The position numbers and the translations under genes were made by a program. From Chthonomonadales bacterium (GTDB lineage Bacteria > Armatimonadota > Chthonomonadetes > Chthonomonadales > Chthonomonadaceae), in contig JBBQPO010000145.1 in assembly GCA_038217285.1 (NCBI GenBank), forward strand, positions 1-15,463: a stretch of 15,463 nucleotides of DNA, in the 5' to 3' direction. The notes beneath the pieces are model-generated. The model saw nothing but the letters and a program-made list of their open reading frames with translations. It searched no databases and had not been told where the DNA came from. The stretch's first letter is position 1. Each line of letters starts with the position of its first letter. Of this stretch, positions 8,184 through 15,463 are shown one piece after another.

Positions 8184-8263
8184 GTTATCTCACCTCCAGA
8201 AGGATAAGGCGGCGCTTACGCGCCACCGTGTTGACAGACTCGTGAAAGCCTCTTCGTTTCTGC

Positions 8264-8289
8264 TACGAACCATCCGAAAAGGAAGTTCC
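8264..8289 (-). promoter_or_regulatory. Candidate ECF-sigma promoter for trxA
   Basis: GGAAC (8289-8285) - 17 nt - CGTA (8267-8264), the AAC/CGT pattern of ECF promoters. Confidence 0.45.
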
Positions 8290-8639
8290 GGCTTGCTTTA
8301 CTCGCACCGGGCGACAAAACCGGGTTGGCGCGCCCTGTTTTCGATTGTCCGCCGCGCCACGCGACTCTGTGGGGTACAATAGGAACGGCCTTCTTATCCT
8401 GCCATCCGGCCTGTCGGGTCGCCTGTTGTGAAGACAGGCGGCGATAAAAAAACAGGCACGACGCGATGTCCTGCGTCGAAACCGGTAAGGGAGTATACCC
8501 TGTCTGCCAGGCGGCGATCGGGAAGGGATAAAGAAGAACAGAAAAGGAAATGAAGAGTGCACCTGACCTGTTCAGGACAACACTTCAGGGGCAAAACGTG
8601 CTTGCGAATACGTATTTTCAACCGACGGTGATAAAAACT

Positions 8640-8840
8640 CTACTGTCCGGCCACATTCGAAGCCTGGGGGCCTTTCGCTCCCTCAACGATCTCGAAAGTC
8701 ACTTCCTGGCCTTCGGCAAGGGTCTTGAACCCTTCTTTTACGATGGCGGAATAGTGAACGAAGATATCTTTGCCCTCGTTCGTCTCGATGAAGCCATAAC
8801 CTTTGGCGTCATTGAACCATTTCACTTTTCCAGAGGGCAT
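8640..8840 (-). CDS. cspA: Cold-shock protein (CspA family)
   Basis: 66 aa, GKVKWFN, RNP1 KGYGFI, RNP2 [23 protein letters not shown]. The exact paralog name is uncertain. Confidence 0.96.
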   Translation of the reverse strand: MPSGKVKWFNDAKGYGFIETNEGKDIFVHYSAIVKEGFKTLAEGQEVTFEIVEGAKGPQASNVAGQ

Positions 8841-8894
8841 GTGGTAACGTCCTCCTTACGGTAGTTCAGGCCTGAGTTCCACCTCAGACGGTCA

Positions 8895-8923
8895 AGTATA
8901 TCATGGGCAGGACGGGTTGTCAA
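8895..8923 (-). promoter_or_regulatory. Strong housekeeping promoter of the cold-shock gene
   Basis: TTGACA (8923-8918) - 17 nt - TATACT (8900-8895) with extended -10 TGn. Confidence 0.85.
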
Positions 8924-8971
8924 CGATTGCTACAAAAAAATCTATGTTCTGGCAGTTCAGGAGTGCAGAGT

Positions 8972-9481
8972 ATGAATTTCAATCAGATACCACTTGGAGA
9001 CAAATCGCCTGTAGAGGTAAATGTCGTCGTCGAGATTCCACGAGGAACAAGCAATAAAGTCGAATACGATCCCGATCTGAACGTCTTCCGACTGGATCGC
9101 GTTCTCTATTCGCCGCTCTACTACCCCTGCGAATATGGCTTCGTCTGCGACACGATGTTCGAGGACGGCGACCCACTCGACATCCTGGTGCTCACCGCAC
9201 AGCCGACCTTTACCGGTTGCCTCCTGGTGGCACGCCCCGTCGGCGTCCTAAAAATGGGAGACGACAAAGGCCGCGACGACAAGATCCTTGGCGTCTCTGT
9301 CCACGATCCCCGCTTCGAAACCGTCACGAACCTGGAAGGCGTCTACGAACATCGCCTGCGCGAAATCCTGCACTTCTTCGCGGTCTATAAAGACCTCGAA
9401 AACAAGGAAGTACGCATCGATGGCTGGGAATCCGCCGAAGCTGCCCAGGAGTTGATCACTCAGTACCGCGTCAAACACTGA
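8972..9481 (+). CDS. ppa: Family I soluble inorganic pyrophosphatase
   Basis: VVEIPRG, LDRVLY, YGFV, DGDPLD signature, DDKIL, HFFAVYKDLE; AGGAG (8959-8963) before ATG 8972. Confidence 0.96.
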   Translation: MNFNQIPLGDKSPVEVNVVVEIPRGTSNKVEYDPDLNVFRLDRVLYSPLYYPCEYGFVCDTMFEDGDPLDILVLTAQPTFTGCLLVARPVGVLKMGDDKGRDDKILGVSVHDPRFETVTNLEGVYEHRLREILHFFAVYKDLENKEVRIDGWESAEAAQELITQYRVKH

Positions 9482-9538
9482 TCCGTCACCGGGCGCTTCC
9501 GCCTTCGGGCCGGCAGCGCACCTTCTCCTCACTCACGG

Positions 9539-9575
9539 CAAAATCCCCACTCCTTTCCGGGAAGTGGGGATTTTG
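9539..9575. terminator. Bidirectional intrinsic terminator between ppa and the convergent pyrG unit
   Basis: Perfect 13-bp inverted repeat CAAAATCCCCACT / AGTGGGGATTTTG with T-runs on both strands. Confidence 0.8.
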
Positions 9576-9654
9576 GATAATGCGCCTCTCTACGCTGGTT
9601 GATTTTGTGCCTTAGATTTGTCGTGTCGAGCAACCTCCTCGTCGCGCTTTACTT

Positions 9655-9844
9655 CCCGCCCGTAAACGAGCGGTCTGAGGCGGCAAGCCCCATAAATGGG
9701 GCTGTGTCCGGTGTTACCAGGTGGTTCCGTCAGGTTGTGGAGATCGATTTTCGCTTCTACTGGACAGATCGATCCCGCTTCCAACCCGCACAGGCCCATT
9801 CATGGGCCTTGACATACCCAGCAGGCTGCTCCTTTAGGGGCGGC
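9655..9844. repeat. Inverted pair of twin-hairpin REP-like units
   Basis: Four tetraloop hairpins (9656-9673, 9686-9703, 9792-9809, 9825-9844). The left pair is an imperfect inverted copy of the right pair. Confidence 0.65.
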
Positions 9845-9932
9845 GGCTTCAGGGACAAGATAAGCTACGTAGGAAGGGGGCGCCCGATCGGGCGACGACA
9901 TCGTTGCGCCAGGGTTTTCACCTGAGTTGCCG

Positions 9933-10211
9933 TTAGCGCATCCGCGACAGACGGCGAATGTGGTAGATCGAGTTCGCAATGCGGAGAACGCCGAACACGA
10001 TCATAATCAGCGCGATGGTCACGATGCCGCTGTCGGGATGCACGGGACGACCGCCGGTGAAGAGACTGCCGCCCATGAGAACGAGGAGTCCGAGCGCGGC
10101 GGACGTGACGCCCAGCGACATATAGAGCCAGCACCAGAAGAGCAGCAGTTTACGCTGCGCCGGGTGCTGCAGACTCTGGCGGCTGCCGCGTGTAAACCCG
10201 TGAAACATCAT
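9933..10211 (-). CDS. Small membrane protein with two predicted TM helices
   Basis: 92 aa, two hydrophobic segments and a basic C-tail; starts 9 nt after the pyrG stop. Confidence 0.75.
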   Translation of the reverse strand: MMFHGFTRGSRQSLQHPAQRKLLLFWCWLYMSLGVTSAALGLLVLMGGSLFTGGRPVHPDSGIVTIALIMIVFGVLRIANSIYHIRRLSRMR

Positions 10212-10220
10212 GGCCTGCCT

Positions 10221-11975
10221 CTAAATCTCGACTTCCACGGCTGTCACGTCCAGCTCTCCACGCCCGCCGCGCCGGTATTTCTTGCTGCTGTCGCCGTTCT
10301 TCTCGTCCCCAGTGGCGACGACCGCCTGCGCGGGCTCCCCACCGATCGGTGTTCCGTAGTGGCGATGCGAACGTTGCACGGCGGCAGCGATCAGCCCTTC
10401 GAACAGGGGATGCGCGCGGTTCGGGCGCGACCGGAACTCCGGATGGAACTGTGTAGCGATGAAATAAGGATGCGCGGGGATCTCGATAATCTCCACCAAC
10501 CGGTAGTCGGGCGATAGACCGGAACAGAGCAGGCCGAGTTTCGCCAACTGCTCTCGATAGTCGTTGTTCAGTTCGTAGCGGTGGCGATGGCGCTCGTAGA
10601 CGACCGACGCGCCGTACAGTTTCTCCGCCAGCGATCCCGCCACCAACTGACATCGGTAGGAGCCGAGGCGCATGGTCGCGCCCTTCTCCACGATCTCTTT
10701 CTGCTCCGGCAGAATATGGATGAGCGGATGGGGCGTATCCGGACAAACCTCTTCGGTATGCGCCTCCGTCAGGCCCGCCTCATGGCGTGCAAATTCGATG
10801 ACCGCCATCTGCATCCCGTAGCAAACTCCCAGGAAGGGCACACCGTGTCGGCGCGCATAGTGGGCGGCGGCGATTTTGCCTTCTACGCCCCGCGCACCGA
10901 AACCCGGTGCGACGAGTATCGCGTCCATGTTGCCGAGCACGTCTGCCACGGCCTGCTTTTCCAGCTCTTCGCTGTCGATCCAGCGCAGATTGACGCGGGC
11001 GTCGTTGGCAATCCCTCCGTGGATCAGCGACTCCGCGATGGAGATATAGGAATCCCCGTTCTCGGTATATTTGCCCACGACCGCGACATCGACCTCGTAG
11101 GTCGGGCGTTTTAGCCGATCCACGATCTTGCGCCACTCGGTCAGATTCGGCGGGTTGTTCGGCAGGCCCAGCCGCTTCACCACCAGATCCGAGAGCCCGG
11201 CGGCCTCGAACAGCAGCGGCACTTCGTAGATGGTTTCGGCATCCTGCGCTTCGATGACAGCTTCCGGCTCGACATCGCAAAAAAGTGAGATCTTGCGCTT
11301 CATCTCGTCCGAAATGGTCAGACGGGTCCGGCAGATTAGTGCGTCCGGCTGTATGCCGATCTCACGCAACTTGATCACGCTATGCTGCGTCGGCTTGGTC
11401 TTCACCTCACCCCACGGACCGACGTAGGGGATAAGCGTGACGTGAATATACATCACGTTCTCCGCGCCGACATCCTTTTTGAACTGGCGGATCGCCTCCA
11501 GGAACGGCAGCCCCTCCAGATCTCCGACCGTGCCGCCGACCTCGGCGATGACCACATCGGCGTCCGGTTTGCCGTCCTCGCCCTTCGCCGCAAGTTTGAT
11601 GCGATCCTTGATCTCGTTGGTGACATGCGGGATCATCTGCACCGTGATACCCAGATAGTCGCCTCGGCGCTCCTTTTCGATCACCGTGCTGTAGACGCTG
11701 CCGGTCGTAATGCTGGCGCGGCGGGTCAGGTTCACGTCCACGAAGCGCTCGTAGTGGCCCAGATCGAGGTCTGTCTCCGCCCCATCTTCCGTCACGAACA
11801 CCTCGCCGTGCTGGTAGGGACTCATGGTGCCCGCATCGACATTGATGTAGGGATCGAGTTTTTGCAGGGTGACGTTAAAGCCCCGATTGCGCAGCAGACG
11901 GCCTAGACTCGCCGTTGTGATTCCCTTACCGATGCTGCTGACCACTCCACCGGTTACAAATATGTATTTCGTCAT
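10221..11975 (-). CDS. pyrG: CTP synthase
   Basis: [41 protein letters not shown]; glutaminase triad GVCYGMQ and [14 protein letters not shown]. Confidence 0.99.
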   Translation of the reverse strand: MTKYIFVTGGVVSSIGKGITTASLGRLLRNRGFNVTLQKLDPYINVDAGTMSPYQHGEVFVTEDGAETDLDLGHYERFVDVNLTRRASITTGSVYSTVIEKERRGDYLGITVQMIPHVTNEIKDRIKLAAKGEDGKPDADVVIAEVGGTVGDLEGLPFLEAIRQFKKDVGAENVMYIHVTLIPYVGPWGEVKTKPTQHSVIKLREIGIQPDALICRTRLTISDEMKRKISLFCDVEPEAVIEAQDAETIYEVPLLFEAAGLSDLVVKRLGLPNNPPNLTEWRKIVDRLKRPTYEVDVAVVGKYTENGDSYISIAESLIHGGIANDARVNLRWIDSEELEKQAVADVLGNMDAILVAPGFGARGVEGKIAAAHYARRHGVPFLGVCYGMQMAVIEFARHEAGLTEAHTEEVCPDTPHPLIHILPEQKEIVEKGATMRLGSYRCQLVAGSLAEKLYGASVVYERHRHRYELNNDYREQLAKLGLLCSGLSPDYRLVEIIEIPAHPYFIATQFHPEFRSRPNRAHPLFEGLIAAAVQRSHRHYGTPIGGEPAQAVVATGDEKNGDSSKKYRRGGRGELDVTAVEVEI

Positions 11976-12008
11976 CACCCTCTCCCACCCTTTCTCGCGG
12001 CCTCTTCG

Positions 12009-12212
12009 CTACTTGGTTTCGATCAGTTCAAACTCTATGCCGTTTTCGGTCAGGGCGGACAGCAGCTTCTCCTCGATGACATAGACATCGTTGGGCAGAA
12101 CCTGCAGTTTGCCACCGGTCTTCTGCATCATCAGAAGGTAGGCCCGCGTGGCGTCCTTGGACAGAATGCGTACCCGCGACTGTCCCTTTTTCTGTTGCTG
12201 ATACTGTGGCAT
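12009..12212 (-). CDS. 67-aa hypothetical protein, first gene of the pyrG unit
   Basis: GGAGGAG RBS (12221-12227) before ATG 12212 (MPQYQQQKKG...IEFELIETK); core-like codon usage; the stop lies 33 nt before pyrG. Confidence 0.8.
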   Translation of the reverse strand: MPQYQQQKKGQSRVRILSKDATRAYLLMMQKTGGKLQVLPNDVYVIEEKLLSALTENGIEFELIETK

Positions 12213-12232
12213 GGAAATCTCTCCTCCAATAC

Positions 12233-12265
12233 AAAAAGCGCAACAGGGGGTTTCCCGTTGCGCCC
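12233..12265 (-). promoter_or_regulatory. Terminator/attenuator hairpin at the 5' end of the pyrG unit transcript
   Basis: GGGCGCAACGGG-AAACCC-CCTGTTGCGC-TTTTTG: 10-bp stem plus U-tract, starting at the predicted +1. Confidence 0.65.
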
Positions 12266-12272
12266 GGACTCT

Positions 12273-12302
12273 ATTATAGCCGATATTCGGCGGCGGTAGC
12301 AA
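12273..12302 (-). promoter_or_regulatory. Housekeeping promoter of the pyrG unit
   Basis: TTGCTA (12302-12297) - 18 nt - TATAAT (12278-12273). Confidence 0.75.
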
Positions 12303-12339
12303 GATATAGATATTTTCCTGAGATATCAGGTAGTATATC
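12303..12339. promoter_or_regulatory. Candidate GntR-family operator
   Basis: Palindrome CCTGA-GATA-TCAGG (12317-12330) flanked by GATATA (12303-12308) and TATATC (12334-12339), just upstream of the gntR-like gene. Confidence 0.45.
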
Positions 12340-12369
12340 ACAACAATCCAAGGCGACAGGAACCCATCC

Positions 12370-13065
12370 ATGCAGAGAACAGATCGCTCGATCATCGAAA
12401 AACTGTCTGATGACACGGACTCACCACCGACCATGCTCCGTGAAAGAGCCTATCAGGAGATCAAGCATCTCCTTTTCGCCTCGGCGACGCTGTCGGAGCC
12501 GTTTCTTTCGCAACGTAAATTGGCGCGCCAACTCGGCATCGGAAACACGCCGGTACGCTCCGCCATCGAGCGCCTGGAAAGCGAAGGGCTGATCCTGATT
12601 TCCCCGCAACAGGGGATAGCCGTCCGTGAATTGCGAACACGGGAGATTATTGAACATTATGAAATCCGACAGGCGCTGGAACCTTACATTATCCGCCGCA
12701 TCGCCGGTCACCTGACGGTGGATCAGGAGCAGAGCATCCGTCAGAATCTAGCGAAGCAAAAGGTTCTCGCGACGGGCAACGACATCTTGCAGACCACCGT
12801 CCTGGATACCGAGTTCCACCTGCTCTTCTGTCAGTTTCTGGACAATCAGGAGATCTACCGTACCATGCTCCAGTTACGGGACAAGATCCACCGGGTTATC
12901 CTGAGAATGGCCCAGGTCTCGCCGGAAAGGTCTGAGGCGAGCTGTCAAGAACATGTCGATCTTTCGGAGGCCGTCTTCCTGGGAGAAGCTGACCGAGCTG
13001 CCGGCCTTATGTACGCGCACCTGGAACAGGGGAAGCAGAAGCTCCTTCCTGGTGGACACTGGTAG
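12370..13065 (+). CDS. GntR-family transcriptional regulator (FCD domain)
   Basis: wHTH LSQRKLARQLGIGNTPVRSAIERLESEGLI; FCD motifs YEIRQALE, DTEFH, EH, MYAHL. Confidence 0.93.
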   Translation: MQRTDRSIIEKLSDDTDSPPTMLRERAYQEIKHLLFASATLSEPFLSQRKLARQLGIGNTPVRSAIERLESEGLILISPQQGIAVRELRTREIIEHYEIRQALEPYIIRRIAGHLTVDQEQSIRQNLAKQKVLATGNDILQTTVLDTEFHLLFCQFLDNQEIYRTMLQLRDKIHRVILRMAQVSPERSEASCQEHVDLSEAVFLGEADRAAGLMYAHLEQGKQKLLPGGHW

Positions 13066-13082
13066 GAGCTGTGGGGAACACA

Positions 13083-15167
13083 ATGCGGTTTGAAGATCTG
13101 ATTTTGTGCGGTCCGACGCTTCCCGCTTCCGCCTGGGTACCCCTGCGTTGCGGCCGGCTACGGCTCGCCTTCGACCCGGAAACCGGTGCCGTGCGGCGTG
13201 TTGTGCTGGAAAATCAGGAGATCCTGCGCGGTATCTATTTCTCTGTGCGCGACAGCAACTGGGAGACTGTCACCCCGCGCATTCATGAAATAGAGATCAC
13301 GAGGTCAGACGGTGGATTCCACGTTGGGTTTGTCGCTCGCTGCCAATCTGGTGAGGAGGAAATCGTTTTTACCGGAGATCTCTCAGGAGACGTCAACGGT
13401 ACCATACGGTATGTTCTGGACGGGCGGGCGCAGACCACAGTGTGCAGCAACCGGATCGGATTCTGTGTGCTTCATCCTTTAGAGGGATGTGTTGGCAGGC
13501 CCTGTGTCGTGAAGCATGGTGACGGAGGGATCGAGCCAGGCACCTTCCCAAGGCTGATCTCTCCGAATCAGCCTTTCCTCCGGATACGCGCTCTTTCGTA
13601 TGAAGTACGGCCAGGAGTTCACAGTGCCGTCGATTTCGATGGCGAAGTTTTCGAGATGGAAGATCAGCGTAACTGGTCGGATGCCTCCTTCAAAACCTAT
13701 TGTCGGCCGATCAGCCTGCCGTTTCCCTTTACACTGTCTCCAGGGGACACCCTACGGCAGTCTGTCACGCACTCTCTCGAAATCGTACCGCAAACGCACC
13801 CACCACTCGCTCTCTGTACGCCGACTCCAGTCGCTGCCGACAAGTCCGATGGCCCCATCTGCTTTCACATCGCTGCGAAATCGCGAGTACGCTGCCTTGC
13901 CCGCATAGGTCTCGCGATGGCAGCCGACAGCCCGCTTTTTACCGATCAAGAGTGCAGGCGTTTGGCCAGTTTGAACCTTTCGCACGTTCGCTTCGACCTG
14001 CCACTACAGGAAAGATCTGGATTACACTCCGACTTTTTGACAGGATTCCATGCCGCCGCAGCACAGGCAGCGCGTATCGACCCGACACTGAAGCTCGAGT
14101 GTGCGCTCATTCGGTCCACGGATGTCTGCAGCAAGACGTTTCAGAAAGAACTTGGCAGGCTTATGACGCCGGAGGGCAGCCGCTTGCGAAAGCGCGTTGC
14201 GCGAATGCTGGTCTTCCACGACGCAGAAATGGTTACGGCGCACGAGACACTCAAACAGGTACGCGAGGCGCTCTCTGTTGCCGGACGTCTGCCCTTCCCT
14301 ATCGTCAGTGGCACAGACGCCTATTTTGCCGAACTCAATCGCACCCGACCACCATCGCCCGACCTGCTGGACGGTGTCTGTTACTCGCTAAACCCGCAGG
14401 TCCACGCCTTCGACAACCTATCCCTCGTAGAAAATCTCGCCGCTCAAGCGGAAACGGTCCGGAGCGCGCGCGCCATCGCAGGCGGCAAACGGGTGTGTGT
14501 ATCCCCGGTTACCCTGCGTCCACGTTTCAACCCCAATGCGACCGGATCTCAGAAACCTCCCTTACCTGGAGAACTGCCGTCCCAGGTGGATGTGCGGCAG
14601 ATGTCGCTCTTCGGTGCGGGCTGGACACTCGGGAGTCTCAAGTACCTCTGCGAAAGCGGCGCACATAGCGCCACCTACTATGAAGCCACCGGTTGGCGCG
14701 GGGTGATGGAGACGGAGGAGGGATCGCCCCTACCGGAAATATTCCCGTCTTTGCCGGGCGCAGTCTTTCCCCTGTATCACGTCCTGGCGGACTTCGGTGA
14801 GTTTCGTGGCGGCGCCGTATGGCCTGTGATCTCCAGTTCGCCTCTCAAAGTGGAAGGGGTTTTGCTCAGGAAGACCGATTGCGCCGCATTTCTATGCGCC
14901 AACCTGACAGGCGAGACGCAAAGCGTGACCCTTCCGTACCCTGACTTTTCGGCTGGGATCTCGGATCGTAATCGGAACTCTTCCACAGGCCGTGCCTGTC
15001 GCGTTCGTCTGACAGACGACCGAAATGCGGAGTCGGCCATGCGCGCCCCGGAACAGTACCGCGCGGATTCGTGGCAGGCCGTCCAGATGCCCCCTCACGG
15101 ACTGGACTGGCTGCTGCCACCCTACGCTCTCTTACGGCTGGACTATAAGGAGTTGGAATATGCCTGA
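13083..15167 (+). CDS. D-apionate lactonase (ApnL)-like protein
   Basis: Motifs VRDSNWET, NRIGFCVLHP, FEMEDQRNWSDASFKTY, YFAELNR and NPQVHAFD, which I recall from ApnL-like proteins; followed by an ApsD-like gene. Start may be GTG 13071. Confidence 0.7.
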   Translation: MRFEDLILCGPTLPASAWVPLRCGRLRLAFDPETGAVRRVVLENQEILRGIYFSVRDSNWETVTPRIHEIEITRSDGGFHVGFVARCQSGEEEIVFTGDLSGDVNGTIRYVLDGRAQTTVCSNRIGFCVLHPLEGCVGRPCVVKHGDGGIEPGTFPRLISPNQPFLRIRALSYEVRPGVHSAVDFDGEVFEMEDQRNWSDASFKTYCRPISLPFPFTLSPGDTLRQSVTHSLEIVPQTHPPLALCTPTPVAADKSDGPICFHIAAKSRVRCLARIGLAMAADSPLFTDQECRRLASLNLSHVRFDLPLQERSGLHSDFLTGFHAAAAQAARIDPTLKLECALIRSTDVCSKTFQKELGRLMTPEGSRLRKRVARMLVFHDAEMVTAHETLKQVREALSVAGRLPFPIVSGTDAYFAELNRTRPPSPDLLDGVCYSLNPQVHAFDNLSLVENLAAQAETVRSARAIAGGKRVCVSPVTLRPRFNPNATGSQKPPLPGELPSQVDVRQMSLFGAGWTLGSLKYLCESGAHSATYYEATGWRGVMETEEGSPLPEIFPSLPGAVFPLYHVLADFGEFRGGAVWPVISSSPLKVEGVLLRKTDCAAFLCANLTGETQSVTLPYPDFSAGISDRNRNSSTGRACRVRLTDDRNAESAMRAPEQYRADSWQAVQMPPHGLDWLLPPYALLRLDYKELEYA

Positions 15168-15417
15168 CAAGCACGGAGCGTTGATAGGCTGCGGCTTCTT
15201 CGCGCGCAACCATATGCATGCCTGGAACGAGGTCGAAGGCGCGGATATCGTTGCCGTATGCGACACAGACGGACCCCGCGCCCACGCCTTTGCACAAGAG
15301 TTCGGGACGGCTGCGTATGTCGATGCCGCCGCGATGATGCGTGAGACGAAACTCGCCAACGTCTACTGGCGAACCGTCGATTGTTCCCGGATTTTTCTCA
15401 AGCACAGTGTTACCTAA
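15160..15417 (+). pseudogene. Truncated Gfo/Idh/MocA oxidoreductase (D-apiose dehydrogenase ApsD-like N-terminus)
   Basis: AAGGAG RBS; ATG 15160 overlaps the upstream gene's end; ALIGCGFFARNHMHAW...IVAVCD Rossmann fold. Similarity stops at RETKL (about 15354) and the frame ends at 85 aa, whereas family members exceed 300 aa. Confidence 0.75.
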
Positions 15418-15463
15418 GAGATCGCGGACGGTCTTTTTCTCGCCGGATTTTTCGAAGCAACTA

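Noticed and set aside
8263-8621. 99-aa and 75-aa minus-strand ORFs between csp and trxA
   Set aside because: No RBS, atypical codon usage, and they cross hairpins and T-runs.
9576-9860. tmRNA, SRP RNA, RNase P RNA or a 69-aa/108-aa protein in the ppa-pyrG gap
   Set aside because: No tRNA-like ends, no SRP helix-8 motif, no GAGGAAAGTCC; the ORFs lack an RBS and run through palindromes.
12213-12434. Upstream extension of the small gene before pyrG (141-aa ORF)
   Set aside because: Overlaps the promoter, hairpin and gntR start; the strong RBS marks ATG 12212.
13700-14668. 322-aa overlapping ORF inside the ApnL-like gene, considered as a frameshift product
   Set aside because: The main frame is continuous and carries the conserved motifs; this frame is Arg-rich with no motifs.
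15355-15463. CRISPR array or leader at the right edge
   Set aside because: Only two 11-bp repeats; no regular repeat-spacer units or cas genes in the window.

Overview
GC-rich bacterial chromosomal segment, mostly housekeeping genes. In order: tRNA-Asp(GTC) with a consensus promoter, a secreted lectin-like/PNGase F-like fusion protein, fabF, leuS, a DinB-family protein, an exported hypothetical protein, trxA, a cold-shock protein, ppa, and a minus-strand unit of small hypothetical gene, pyrG and small membrane protein. The right end holds a divergent, compositionally different cluster: GntR/FCD regulator, D-apionate lactonase (ApnL)-like gene, and a Gfo/Idh/MocA (ApsD-like) dehydrogenase that breaks off after about 65 codons. 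No transposase, integrase, Cas gene or CRISPR array is visible. The most interesting signals are mostly non-coding: (1) a roughly 35-nt GGGC-initiated terminator leader ahead of the pyrG unit, resembling a minimal CTP-sensing reiterative-transcription attenuator; (2) a roughly 190-bp inverted pair of twin-hairpin REP-like units with compensatory changes; (3) a T-box-less terminator leader before a LeuRS whose HIGH motif reads SVGH; (4) a hairpin that would mask an RBS only in read-through transcripts; (5) a PNGase F-like domain lacking the usual disulfide cysteines. All family calls come from motif recognition by eye, with no database search.
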